Under the pieces are notes generated by a model. That model made no database searches, was not told the DNA's origin, and saw nothing but the letters and a program-made list of their open reading frames with translations. A program made the translations under genes and the position numbers. Positions 29,510 to 39,012 of a DNA stretch of 64,000 nt are shown one piece after another. How positions within the stretch are numbered: the stretch's first letter is position 1; every line of letters starts with the position of its first letter. The stretch is from an uncultured Gammaproteobacteria bacterium (GTDB taxonomy: Bacteria; Patescibacteriota; Patescibacteriia; Magasanikbacterales; GWA2-37-8). The stretch lies in contig CAYHBZ010000001.1 of assembly GCA_964355175.1 (NCBI GenBank), forward strand, positions 240,523 to 304,522, given 5' to 3'.

Positions 29510-29686
29510 TTGGCTAATAAAATGCTTTTTCAAACTGTGAAAATATTCGCACAATTTGCAACCCACTCGGCTCTGTCCCTGAACTCGTCGCTTGACGCTC
29601 CTCAGACAGCAGGGACAGACACGCCTCGTGGCTCACAAATTGTCTGCTCGTATTTTCAATGTTTTCAAAATCATTTTATTAGCCAA
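29510..29686 (+). repeat. Copy A of a ~176-nt conserved GC-rich inverted-repeat element (candidate structured RNA or cis-element)
   Basis: 15-bp terminal helix TTGGCTAATAAAATG/CATTTTATTAGCCAA. Internal core AATTTGCAAC...CCCTGAACTCG...CAGCAGGGACAG...CTCACAAATT is shared with 45486-45661. Confidence 0.5.
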
Positions 29687-29696
29687 TACCTTTACA

Positions 29697-29720
29697 TTTG
29701 TATACACTAGTCTATACAAA
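29697..29720. promoter_or_regulatory. 24-bp near-palindrome TTTGTATACACTAGTCTATACAAA (operator-like), copy 1
   Basis: Arms TTTGTATA/TATACAAA around an ACTAGT core. An identical copy lies at 29795-29818. Confidence 0.45.
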
Positions 29721-29769
29721 ACTAGCACGAAACTATACCAAATAAAACTCAAAAAGTCAATGATTACCC

Positions 29770-29818
29770 TTGACAGAACCTTAAAAATAAGGTAGTTTGT
29801 ATACACTAGTCTATACAA
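29770..29818 (+). promoter_or_regulatory. Putative sigma70 promoter (TTGACA-17-TAGTTT) overlapped by near-palindrome copy 2 (29795-29818)
   Basis: TTGACA at 29770-29775. The palindrome spans the -10 and TSS region of the downstream HTH gene. Confidence 0.35.
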
Positions 29819-29823
29819 ATTTT

Positions 29824-30249
29824 ATGGATAGCTCCAAAGGTCAACTAGCCAACAATGAACAAAAACCAAAAGAAATGATCCGCGTCTCTGTGTCAGAGGC
29901 GGCTAGACTTTTTGGTGTAAACTCTCAGACTATTCGTCGCGCTATCGCCGCTCAAGAGATAACCTATGTGATAGTAGCCGGACGCTATAAAGTAAACTTT
30001 GAGAGTTTGGTAAAGTGGTCACAACAACACACTACCGTAAAGAATAAATTAGCCAATCGTGGTATCGGTCAATTTGTTGAAAAGTGGAAAATAAAAAACC
30101 CTCTATACTCCCCCAACCCAAAATCGCTTTCCAAACCAACCGCACCAGCCGCCAAAAAAGTAGAAAAAATAGAACCGGAAAAAATCGAAAACAAACCCAC
30201 CGAAGACAACGAAACCAACCTGCCAAGCACTTACCTCAAACCCGATTAA
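29824..30249 (+). CDS. Small helix-turn-helix DNA-binding protein (Xis/MerR-like HTH). Start may be ATG 29824 or 29874; the ORF-track TTG start at 29797 is unlikely.
   Basis: IRVSVSEAARLFGVNSQTIRRAIAAQEITYV HTH. Lys/Pro-rich C-terminal tail. Confidence 0.55.
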   Translation: MDSSKGQLANNEQKPKEMIRVSVSEAARLFGVNSQTIRRAIAAQEITYVIVAGRYKVNFESLVKWSQQHTTVKNKLANRGIGQFVEKWKIKNPLYSPNPKSLSKPTAPAAKKVEKIEPEKIENKPTEDNETNLPSTYLKPD

Positions 30250-30266
30250 CAGTCGGGTTTTTTATT
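30238..30266 (+). terminator. Rho-independent terminator (AAACCCGA-TTAACAG-TCGGGTTT + T-run)
   Basis: Stem-loop contains the stop codon, followed by TTTTTTATTT. Confidence 0.55.
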
Positions 30267-30302
30267 TGACCATAACACTAATAATGGAGTAAAATAACTG
30301 AT

Positions 30303-32045
30303 ATGTTAAAAACTATCCATAAATCTTTAAATAACCATTACCACAAGAACTACCATAATCAGTACGAGCACGCCAAAAAATTATTTGTCTTTGATATTTT
30401 CTTGTTGGCCGTGGCGGTCGTAATGTTTGGTAGTACTCTTTATTTTTTATTTTGGAATCCCGGACTCACCGACCAAATTGATTTAAAAATTTCTTTGGGA
30501 GAGAGTCGTATCAAAAGCGGTGAAGAAGTCAGACTGACAGTGGATTATAAAAACCGTAGTAAATACGCTCTGCGTGACGCGGTAATCGCCCTACACTTAC
30601 CGGCCGGTTTTGTGATAGATAGAGAAAAGACCCCGACTGATATTTTTTCCGATCAATCTACTTTTTCCGTACAAAATATTCGACCGGGAGCCAAGGGCCA
30701 GCTAGAGGTGTATGGCTACGTCTGGATCACTCCCAAAACCGACCAAGATATCACTGCCCTACTTTCTTATATCCCAGAAAATTCCAAATATAAAGAACAG
30801 AAACTAGGAAAATTTTTGATGAATTTGCCTGAGAGTGTGGTGCAAGGAAATTTACAAATGGTGACGACTTCTTTTGCCAACAACACCATACCATTTGCTT
30901 TGACTCTCAAAAATACTTCCGACCGCAAGCTCGACAACTTGAATATACAACTCAGCTTCCCTGGAAAAATAAACACAGACGATGGCGTCCTGCAAAACAT
31001 TGCTTTGGAAAAAAATACTGAAAAAATTGTGACCGGCACTATCATCATGCCGACCAAATCCGGACAATACAATCTATTGGCCATATTAAATGGTATATTT
31101 AATAATACAAAAATAGAAATATTGAAAACTCAAAATAGTGTTAAAACCTTTTCTCCTGAGGTAGCTACCCGGGCTTCCATAAACGACTCCCTAAACTACG
31201 GCGAACCAAACAAAGAAATTAACGCTTCCGTAACTTGGAAAAATAACGGCCAACTCCAACTCCAAAATCAGACGGTGCATATTGCCTTTACTCCTGGAGT
31301 CGTAGATCTCAAAGCCACCGCTCGAGCCAACAACTTTAAATTGGACAATAACGGACTGCTCGTAGACAGCTCAATACGCACCGCTCTTGCCAACGGCGCT
31401 CCCGGTGCCACCGAACAATTCAATTTTAAAGTAATTTTATTACCATCTTTTTCTTTGGGAAATTCGGAAAGCCCGTCGCTAGAAATCAAACCATCCTTTA
31501 CGGCTGAATTAAAAGATATGGCTGGTCAAAAATTTGAAGTGTACGGACAAAGTGCTAAACTACCATTAGCAACTGAGCTCTACCTTACACCTAGCGTGCG
31601 TTATTATTCCGACGATGGCGACCAGCTCGGTCGCGGCCCTCTACCTCCTGCTGTTGGTCAAACTACCAAATATTGGATCTTCATACAGCTCAACAACACT
31701 ACGAATCCAATCAAAGACGCGACTCTCCAAATTTCTCTAAATAGCGACGCTACTTTCACCGGTAAACAAAGCGTCACCATCGGCTCAGCCCTTGCTCACA
31801 ACAACGGAAATATTTCCTGGAATTATCGCGAACTACCAGCTCACAGCCAAACCGGTTGGTATTTTGAAGTGGCCGTGACTCCGACCACCGAACAACTTGG
31901 ACAAAATATCAGCCTGGTGAACAATATTAAATTTACAGCTACCGACAAAACTACCGGCAAAGAATTTTCTTTGACAAAATCCTCGCTAAAGAATTCTTTA
32001 CCGAACGCCGATAGAGGTAGTGACAAAAGCAATCTGGTAGAATAA
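30303..32045 (+). CDS. Membrane-anchored extracytoplasmic protein with repeated beta-sandwich (DUF11/CARDB-like) modules
   Basis: N-terminal TM FVFDIFLLAVAVVMFGSTLYFLFW. Repeat-like VRLTVDYKNRSKYALRDAVIALHLPAGFVI. Confidence 0.45.
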   Translation: MLKTIHKSLNNHYHKNYHNQYEHAKKLFVFDIFLLAVAVVMFGSTLYFLFWNPGLTDQIDLKISLGESRIKSGEEVRLTVDYKNRSKYALRDAVIALHLPAGFVIDREKTPTDIFSDQSTFSVQNIRPGAKGQLEVYGYVWITPKTDQDITALLSYIPENSKYKEQKLGKFLMNLPESVVQGNLQMVTTSFANNTIPFALTLKNTSDRKLDNLNIQLSFPGKINTDDGVLQNIALEKNTEKIVTGTIIMPTKSGQYNLLAILNGIFNNTKIEILKTQNSVKTFSPEVATRASINDSLNYGEPNKEINASVTWKNNGQLQLQNQTVHIAFTPGVVDLKATARANNFKLDNNGLLVDSSIRTALANGAPGATEQFNFKVILLPSFSLGNSESPSLEIKPSFTAELKDMAGQKFEVYGQSAKLPLATELYLTPSVRYYSDDGDQLGRGPLPPAVGQTTKYWIFIQLNNTTNPIKDATLQISLNSDATFTGKQSVTIGSALAHNNGNISWNYRELPAHSQTGWYFEVAVTPTTEQLGQNISLVNNIKFTATDKTTGKEFSLTKSSLKNSLPNADRGSDKSNLVE

Positions 32046-32047
32046 AT

Positions 32048-33190
32048 ATGAGCAATAAAAATTTGATTTTATTTTGCGGTTTTTTCACGACGCTAATTTT
32101 GGCGATTCACCTGATTTTCCCGAGCATCCTCAATGGGATGAACTCGCTGGGACAAGGACCAATTCTTTCATACGAATTCAATGAGTCTATTTGGAGACTT
32201 CACAAAGTTCACCCTACCTTTGCCGGCAGATTTACAACTACCAGTTTATTGTCAATTTTAAATAGTCTAGGCCTACCATTTGCCTGGTCTTTTTTGATCA
32301 TCAACTTTTCCCTGTTGTTTCTGAATGGAATATTGATAGCCAAAATATCAAATAATTTTGGATTTAACGCGAAACAAGAAAAAATCAGCCTGCTGTTATT
32401 TTATTTAAGCTTTAGCATCTTATTCGCTTTCTTCCGTAGTATTGATACCTACGACGATCTGATACAATATTTCTTCTTATTTGGATCCGTCCTAGCATTT
32501 CTAAAAAATAAAAATTTGGTTGGATCCACTTTTTTCCTAGCCTCGCTAATGACTCGAGAAACTGGCTTACTACTAATACCGGGATTATTTTTGATAATAA
32601 AAAACCGCTCGATATTTTATAAATTTTGTGCTGTAATAATTCCGGCCGTTATTTTTGAAATAATTAATTTATTTATTTTTTACAGATTAAATTTACTACA
32701 CCAAAACAAGACTTACCTGGAAAATTCCCGGTTCGCTCACTTTATCTATAATTTCCAAAACTTAAATTTTTCAATCGAAACCATAGTGTCCGCCTTTTTA
32801 GTTTTAGCAATACCAATTTATTTAGTTTATAAAATATATAAGAAAAATTTAATCGAAGAATCACACTCTGATCTCCTAAAAGCCGGTGCCATCTCAATAT
32901 TAATAAACACCCCGATTGTTTTACTAAGCACTCGGGCTCGCGAAGCCAGACTTTTTGCCCTACCTTTAGTTTTTCTATGGCCACTGCTCGGATACTATTT
33001 TGAAAAATTAAAAATTAGATTTTCTTTCGCGGAAAAAAAGATTTTTTATATCAATTTATTTTTAATCGCGATTTTATCGGCATTTATTTATAAACCCACC
33101 TACTCCGGCGGTTTTGACTACGGCTATCGTCTGTATTTATTTTTATTTATAATTTTTTTCGGAATTATAATAAAAAATTCAAAAAAATAA
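32048..33190 (+). CDS. Polytopic membrane protein (EpsG/Wzy-like or GT-C-like). Function unknown.
   Basis: About 10 predicted TM helices. No diagnostic motif recognised. Confidence 0.45.
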   Translation: MSNKNLILFCGFFTTLILAIHLIFPSILNGMNSLGQGPILSYEFNESIWRLHKVHPTFAGRFTTTSLLSILNSLGLPFAWSFLIINFSLLFLNGILIAKISNNFGFNAKQEKISLLLFYLSFSILFAFFRSIDTYDDLIQYFFLFGSVLAFLKNKNLVGSTFFLASLMTRETGLLLIPGLFLIIKNRSIFYKFCAVIIPAVIFEIINLFIFYRLNLLHQNKTYLENSRFAHFIYNFQNLNFSIETIVSAFLVLAIPIYLVYKIYKKNLIEESHSDLLKAGAISILINTPIVLLSTRAREARLFALPLVFLWPLLGYYFEKLKIRFSFAEKKIFYINLFLIAILSAFIYKPTYSGGFDYGYRLYLFLFIIFFGIIIKNSKK

Positions 33191-33194
33191 AAAC

Positions 33195-33226
33195 AAAAAA
33201 TCCCGACCAAATGATCGGGATTTTTA
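33195..33226. terminator. Bidirectional rho-independent terminator between convergent genes
   Basis: A-run, AATCCCGA-CCAAATGA-TCGGGATT, T-run. Confidence 0.55.
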
Positions 33227-33233
33227 AATTTAA

Positions 33234-34388
33234 TTATTTTACTCCGGCGGCTTTTTTCAATTCCTTTACTTTGTCTACTTTCTCCCACGGGAACTGAACG
33301 CGACCAAAGTGACCATAGGCCGAAGAAGCGCGATAGATGGGGCGAAGTAAATTGAGGTGCTGAATAATTTTACCCGGACGGAAATCAAATACTTTTTTCA
33401 CGGCGGATTCCAGAGTGTCATCACTAACTACACCAGTACCAAAGGTATCGACATGAACAGAAGTAGGTTCGGCACGTCCGATAACATACGCTACCTGCAC
33501 TTCACATTTATCAGCAAGTCCAGCGGCTACGATGTTTTTGGCCACGTAGCGAGCCATATAAGCGCCGGAGCGGTCTACCTTGCTTGGATCCTTACCGGAG
33601 AAACAACCGCCGCCATGACGGCCCATGCCGCCATAAGTATCCACAATAATCTTGCGACCGGTCAAACCAGTATCACCTTGTGGACCGCCGATTACAAAAC
33701 GGCCGGTCATGTTGATAAATAACTCGGTATTTTTGTCCATATACTCACCGCAAACCGGTTTGATCACCTTTTTGGCGATATCAGCGCGCAATTTTTCGGT
33801 AGACACCGTGTCGTGGTGCTGAGCGGAAATAACCACATTTTTCAATACGGTTGGTTTGCCGTCTACATACTCTACCGCTACCTGGGATTTACCATCTGGG
33901 CGCAGATATGGAATTTCTCCACTCTTGCGCACTTCAGTGAGGCGTAGCGCCAATTTATGGGCCAAGCTAATTGGCAATGGCATTAATTCCGGTGTTTCAT
34001 TACAGGCATAACCAAACATCAAACCCTGATCACCAGCGCCCTGCTCTTCCACTTTTTTCTTACTGACACCTTGAGCAATATCTGGAGATTGCTCATGGAT
34101 TGAAATCAAGACACCGGCATGTTCACTATCAATACCATAAGCCGGATCGGTATAACCGATATCGAGCAAAACATCACGCACTATTTTTTGAACATCGGCA
34201 CTGGCCGTGGTAGTAACTTCACCACCCACAATTACCAAACCGGTAGTGGTAAAACATTCTACCGCTACGCGAGATTTTGGATCTTGAGATAAAAATTTAT
34301 CCAAGACCGCGTCAGAGATCTGATCACAAATTTTATCCGGGTGACCTTCGGTCACCGACTCGGAAGTAAATACAAATTTATTAGACAT
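33234..34388 (-). CDS. metK: S-adenosylmethionine synthetase
   Basis: [24 protein letters not shown] ... [34 protein letters not shown]. Confidence 0.95.
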   Translation of the reverse strand: MSNKFVFTSESVTEGHPDKICDQISDAVLDKFLSQDPKSRVAVECFTTTGLVIVGGEVTTTASADVQKIVRDVLLDIGYTDPAYGIDSEHAGVLISIHEQSPDIAQGVSKKKVEEQGAGDQGLMFGYACNETPELMPLPISLAHKLALRLTEVRKSGEIPYLRPDGKSQVAVEYVDGKPTVLKNVVISAQHHDTVSTEKLRADIAKKVIKPVCGEYMDKNTELFINMTGRFVIGGPQGDTGLTGRKIIVDTYGGMGRHGGGCFSGKDPSKVDRSGAYMARYVAKNIVAAGLADKCEVQVAYVIGRAEPTSVHVDTFGTGVVSDDTLESAVKKVFDFRPGKIIQHLNLLRPIYRASSAYGHFGRVQFPWEKVDKVKELKKAAGVK

Positions 34389-34465
34389 AATCTAAAATGA
34401 TATAGAAGACAGAAGGAAGTTGCTGATATGTAATCGACCCTTAACATAATAACAACCAACACCGT

Positions 34466-35641
34466 CTAGTAATTAACAAGATTAAGTATACTAGCGATTG
34501 TGACAGTTGTAAATACCAAAAAAATTGTGATTGCCACCCAATTACTATGGCGCAAACCATATTTCGCCGCTGGCAAATGTCCGTAATGTTGGGCGCGCAG
34601 ATAGATAAAAACCAAAAGCATGGCGTCCAGACCGGACAATAGACCACCAATTAGGCCAATTACTTTAAGAAAATCATGCCAACCAATCATATAAAAAGTA
34701 AGTGGCGCGGTAATGACCAAAACTACCGCCAAAAATGGCGAGACTTTCCAGTCCCAAATCAAAGTCTGTTTCATAGCCAAACCCAAACCCAAAAACCCGG
34801 TACCCATCGCAAAAATAGCAAAGGTGTTGATCAAAAATTTGATCCACATGCCGAATTTTTCGCCAAGACCGGTACTAGCTATCGGCGTAGTACTAAGCCC
34901 AAGCACTCCCACTGTCGCCACCGCAAACAACATATACACAAATATAGGGATCAGGGTACCGATGATCAAAGCCTTTTTAAATTTCTTGGGATCTCCCGGC
35001 AATAGAGCGTGCGCTTCGGCGATAGCCGGAGACGCCTGCAGAGCAAATAAAATTACACCCAGCGGCAAAAATAAATTACCCGGATCATAATAATGAAAAT
35101 TCGCAATATTAATTTGCGGCAAAATTCCAAAAGACAAACCGATTATAATACTTAAAACAACAATACTAAAAACTTTTTCCAAAACTTTCACTGTTTGCAA
35201 ACCGCGCCATACCGAAAAACTGGCAATTGTCCAAAAAATTACCGCCCAAACTTCGGGGGTACCACCAAATAAATTGGACAAAGCTTCGCCTTCGCCAATC
35301 AGGTAAGCGAGTAGAGCGCCCAAACCACCCATTACGACCATGATAGACATCAAAACTTTGGCCCAACCACCAATATATTTCCCCGCCAAACCCGGCAATT
35401 GAAAACTGGCTTTGGTACGCACCACGATTTCACCAATCATTAAATTTAATAACAAAACCACGGCGCCTAATATTGCGATATATCCCAAGCCCATCACCAA
35501 CCCCACTCTAGAAACAACATAAGGAATACCAAGAATACCAGCACCAATTGTCATGCCGGTAATCATAAATACAGCACTACTGACACTCACCTTTTCTTTG
35601 TATACTCCCTGATGAAAAACTAAATTATTTTTTGATTGCAT
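34466..35641 (-). CDS. Amino-acid permease (aromatic/Aa_trans-like, about 11 TM)
   Basis: SVSSAVFMITGMTIGAGILGIPYVVSRVGLVMGL N-terminal signature. Polytopic. Confidence 0.65.
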   Translation of the reverse strand: MQSKNNLVFHQGVYKEKVSVSSAVFMITGMTIGAGILGIPYVVSRVGLVMGLGYIAILGAVVLLLNLMIGEIVVRTKASFQLPGLAGKYIGGWAKVLMSIMVVMGGLGALLAYLIGEGEALSNLFGGTPEVWAVIFWTIASFSVWRGLQTVKVLEKVFSIVVLSIIIGLSFGILPQINIANFHYYDPGNLFLPLGVILFALQASPAIAEAHALLPGDPKKFKKALIIGTLIPIFVYMLFAVATVGVLGLSTTPIASTGLGEKFGMWIKFLINTFAIFAMGTGFLGLGLAMKQTLIWDWKVSPFLAVVLVITAPLTFYMIGWHDFLKVIGLIGGLLSGLDAMLLVFIYLRAQHYGHLPAAKYGLRHSNWVAITIFLVFTTVTIASILNLVNY

Positions 35642-35722
35642 AAAATAAAATTGGATATATTATATCACAAAAAATGCAAAATAAAAAACAGAGAGGTGTC
35701 TCTGTTTAAAAATTTAAATCGT

Positions 35723-35796
35723 GGGCAGTAAAGGATTCGAACCTTTGACCCCCTCGGTGTAAACGAGGTGCTCTAACCAACTGAGCTAACTGCCCA
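35723..35796 (-). tRNA. tRNA-Val (anticodon TAC). No encoded CCA.
   Basis: Minus-strand transcript GGGCAGUUAGCUCAGUUGGUUAGAGCACCUCGUUUACACCGAGGGGGUCAAAGGUUCGAAUCCUUUACUGCCCA. Cloverleaf folds with anticodon loop UUUACAC. Confidence 0.9.
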
Positions 35797-35846
35797 AAAC
35801 TGTGATTAATATACTAGAAAATTTAATTTTAGTCAATGGCCGGTAA

Positions 35847-36842
35847 TTATTTTTGTAGACCGGATACATAATCCGCAATTTCGCTATCACCGTGAAGCTC
35901 GAGCCAATACCACCACTCTACCCCCCAAAAATAAGAACGACTAAAACCGGTCTTTTGGGCAAACTCCAAATTTTTCTTCAAACGATCCAGATTCATGGAT
36001 TTAAATTGTTCGGTGATGTTTTCAACTGTCACAATATTTTGCGGCAACCAAGGCTCGGCCTGCAATTCGGCCACCCAAGTACTAGCGAGAGAGCGTCCAT
36101 GGCCCAGAGCGCGCCAGCGGTAATATATCGCCGGCACCCAATCATACCCTACATATCCCAAATCTGGATTCCATACGACACGATAAACTGTGCTACCAAA
36201 TAGATCGCCGGCCATAGCGGTCTTATTCCAAAAACTCAGCTCACCACTATCGGTCACCAACACTTGGCGAGACGAATCGATTTTTTTGACGGTCGCAATT
36301 TCAGCTTGAAGCTTATCCGTGGTCATTTTACGACAGACCGCGCCAAAGGCTAAAAATGGCTCATTTTCTACCTGCCAAATTTCCACCGCTGGATTATTTT
36401 TATAACGCTCGGTGACGACGCTCAAATAATTATTCAAAGCGGAAAAATATTTACCTTCCGGCAAATTCTGAGTCCAGGCCGGCACATTGCATTCCGGCCA
36501 ACGGGGAGTCTTTTGTCCCATCGCCAGTACTACTTTGGCATTGCGTTTGGCCGCCTCGGCAATAAAATAATCAACTTGCGTGAAATCAAATTTTCCTTTT
36601 TGTGTTTCCACCACATCCCAACGTGCGGTGAGACGCAAATATTTAAATTTATATTTATCCAAAATTACCTGGTAAGTTTCTTTGGGATCTAGTCCCAGAT
36701 ATTGGGCATATTCAGGACTAAAAGAAACACCCAAGAGCATATCTTTATTGGGCCGAGAAAATATTTTTTCGGCGCAATACAAAAATAATATTATCACCGC
36801 CAAAATAATTAAAATTATAAAAAATATTTTTGTAAATTTCAT
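35847..36842 (-). CDS. Membrane-anchored TIM-barrel glycoside hydrolase (GH5/GH113-like)
   Basis: N-terminal TM. VEIWQVENEPFLAF (NEP catalytic acid motif). Confidence 0.5.
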   Translation of the reverse strand: MKFTKIFFIILIILAVIILFLYCAEKIFSRPNKDMLLGVSFSPEYAQYLGLDPKETYQVILDKYKFKYLRLTARWDVVETQKGKFDFTQVDYFIAEAAKRNAKVVLAMGQKTPRWPECNVPAWTQNLPEGKYFSALNNYLSVVTERYKNNPAVEIWQVENEPFLAFGAVCRKMTTDKLQAEIATVKKIDSSRQVLVTDSGELSFWNKTAMAGDLFGSTVYRVVWNPDLGYVGYDWVPAIYYRWRALGHGRSLASTWVAELQAEPWLPQNIVTVENITEQFKSMNLDRLKKNLEFAQKTGFSRSYFWGVEWWYWLELHGDSEIADYVSGLQK

Positions 36843-37756
36843 ACTAATAAAATTAAACCCACACCAATTAATACTACCGCCAAAAATTCTTGAATCATTT
36901 CTGCCGGCGTATAATCTTCCTTAAAGACTTTTGGCCAAAAGCGGCTGAGCAACATTACGCCCAATATTAAAACCGCATATTGCAGACCACCCAGAGCGCT
37001 GACCAGCGACACACTGCCTATCGCCGTAGCGTATTGAATGAATAATACCGCGACTACCGCCAATATCTTATTAAAAATAATCAATCCGGTATGCTTATTT
37101 TTTTGAACCGCGAATTTATTTTTTATTTTATCCAGCCAGGTAGGACGCAGGAGAGATTTCAAAGTTTCAGGACTAAATAAAAAAAACAAACCGGATATAC
37201 CAATGAAAAATCGGCTCCAAACAAAGCCGGTCATAAATCCATATTTGTCATACAAATATTTGGCGCTCACATAAGATACGGCAAAAAATAATCCGGACAA
37301 AATCCCATAGACCACTCCCAAATGCAGACCATTATGTTTTTTACTTTTTTCAAACGCTATTAATACCGAACCAATAATCAGCAATCCCACCGCCCACAAT
37401 TCCGACGAAATCAAAGCTTCGCCCAAAAATAAATTACTAAAAATAAGCACAAACAATGGTGAAGCCGCTCCCACGAGCGGACCAACATGACTGACTTCAC
37501 TTTTTTCAAAACCCAAAAACATCATCCACATCGCCAAGGTGTAGGTGGTGCCGCAAATGATCGCCCATCCCCAATCCTCCCAACCGGATACCAATCCGGG
37601 ATAAAAAAAATAAAGAATAACAATTGCCAATAACGGGGCCGAAGAATAAAAAGTATAAAGTGCCGGTTTCACTTTCGCAGAAGACAATAAAAATTTATCA
37701 ACAATACAAACCAAAGCCAAAAGAATATAACCAGCCGCTGAAAATAAAAACCACAT
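36839..37756 (-). CDS. EamA/DMT-superfamily transporter (10 TM)
   Basis: Two 5-TM halves. Start overlaps the upstream stop (ATGA). Confidence 0.55.
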   Translation of the reverse strand: MWFLFSAAGYILLALVCIVDKFLLSSAKVKPALYTFYSSAPLLAIVILYFFYPGLVSGWEDWGWAIICGTTYTLAMWMMFLGFEKSEVSHVGPLVGAASPLFVLIFSNLFLGEALISSELWAVGLLIIGSVLIAFEKSKKHNGLHLGVVYGILSGLFFAVSYVSAKYLYDKYGFMTGFVWSRFFIGISGLFFLFSPETLKSLLRPTWLDKIKNKFAVQKNKHTGLIIFNKILAVVAVLFIQYATAIGSVSLVSALGGLQYAVLILGVMLLSRFWPKVFKEDYTPAEMIQEFLAVVLIGVGLILLV

Positions 37757-37872
37757 AAATATTTAAAATAAATTCTTTTATTATTATAACACAAAAAAAC
37801 ATCCGAATCTAATCGAATGTTTTTTGTTTTACCATATCCACTGTCTACTTTTTCAAATAAACATTGGACATG

Positions 37873-38397
37873 GAGAGTAGCGCGCGACTACCAACCCCAG
37901 AGGTCAGGTACGCGATGCGACGCAGACTACACGAGGCCAGCCTACTTCGGCCAGACACTCGGTGCGACGGCCGGCTGGACGGCGTGAATCCGGGGCGAAG
38001 ACGGACTGCGACTGGTCGTCCAGCGATCAGGATTGGCTTCGGGATGTACGAAGCCCTCCTCCTCGCCGACAGGCGACGTCAGGAGCGACGCAGCCGCCGG
38101 CTTGGGCTCAGCGCCACCGAGGCCACCGTGTCCGGACGGGAGGAAGTGCAAGGACTCGGGACCACCGCACTGGGCGCGGCTGAAATTTCGGACTGCCAAG
38201 GGATGTTGTGGATGGGAACGACCGTCGGACATGACTGCCTCCTTCTCTTGCGAGAAGTGTTGCGAGCTCTCTGCGATTGGCATTGAGCTGGCCTCCCACC
38301 ATAAAGCGAAGTTGCCAAAGAGCGGGGAAAGATTATCCAAACTTTAGATATTCTTTCCCCACTCTTTGCACAAACTTGCTGTTTGCGCGCTACTCTA
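37873..38397. repeat. ~525-bp GC-rich non-host-like block bounded by 13-bp terminal inverted repeats AGAGTAGCGCGCG / CGCGCGCTACTCT
   Basis: Abrupt jump to GC-rich composition versus ~35% flanks. Exact inverted repeat read from sequence. Only overlapping low-quality ORFs inside. Confidence 0.4.
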
Positions 38398-38562
38398 ATT
38401 TATAAAGAACAATCTCTCAAAGTAAATATATTTAAAAAAATAAAAATATATTTGCCTTGGGCATCGTCGTGGCTGTATGAAAACAACCACGACAATGTAA
38501 ATGTGAATATGAAATTCGCGCCAAAGCGCAAAGCTCATAAATACGAAAGAGCAAACTACCTG

Positions 38563-38601
38563 CCGCGGGTGGGCTACACAATCGAAACTGCGTAGCCCAC
38601 C
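38563..38601 (-). terminator. GC-rich 12-bp stem-loop downstream of the high-GC minus-strand ORF
   Basis: CGGGTGGGCTAC-(14 nt)-GTAGCCCACCCG, followed on the minus strand by a T-rich stretch. Confidence 0.4.
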
Positions 38602-38646
38602 CGGATGGCTGTCACGGACTCGATCTTCCCAGACTTCCTGCGCTAG

Positions 38647-39012
38647 CTACGCTGCCATGATCTTCACGATCGCGAGCTGGCACTTGGCGGCCAGCGGATC
38701 GTGTTCACGCTCGAGCGCCTTGCTCTCCCAGACCACCACGCGGGCGATCTGGGCGTGCGGCTTGATGGACTCGACGGCCGTGTGGACGGCAGGAATGCGG
38801 AACCGGTCGGCGGCGACTTCCACGACGTGGGTGTGCTGGAAGCGGCCGGGGCGCAGCTTCGTGCTGTCCTTCAGGGACTCGAGCACGATATGCGCAAGCT
38901 CTTCATCCGTCCCTTCGAAGTGGGGGCGGCTGTTGCTGGTCGGGCTGTACTTGCGCACGGTGGGGTGGAGTTTGATGCCTTGAATGCCATCGGGCACGGG
39001 GACAACGGTCAT
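38647..39012 (-). CDS. Hypothetical 121-aa protein encoded with strong GC3 codon bias (foreign-like)
   Basis: Codons overwhelmingly NNC/NNG (e.g. ACC GTT GTC CCC GTG CCC GAT GGC), unlike every neighbouring gene. Overlapping plus-strand ORFs are probably shadows. Confidence 0.45.
   Translation of the reverse strand: MTVVPVPDGIQGIKLHPTVRKYSPTSNSRPHFEGTDEELAHIVLESLKDSTKLRPGRFQHTHVVEVAADRFRIPAVHTAVESIKPHAQIARVVVWESKALEREHDPLAAKCQLAIVKIMAA

Noticed and set aside
29797-29823. N-terminal extension MYTLVYTNF of the HTH ORF
   Set aside because: It needs a TTG start lying inside the 24-bp palindrome. ATG at 29824 or 29874 is more plausible.
37864-38347. Overlapping ORFs inside the GC-rich block (37864-38286+, 37942-38340-, 38033-38347+, 38079-38318-, etc.)
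   Set aside because: They are mutually overlapping in several frames, Arg/Pro-rich, and have no consistent GC3 bias. This is typical of spurious ORFs in GC-rich non-coding DNA. Coding status of the block is left unresolved.
37873-38397. Idea that the inverted-repeat-bounded GC block is RNase P RNA, tmRNA or an intron
   Set aside because: I could not find the P4 AGGAAAGTCCGG / ACAGAACCCGGCTTA cores, a tRNA-like tmRNA 3' end, or group II domain V. I keep it only as an unclassified element.
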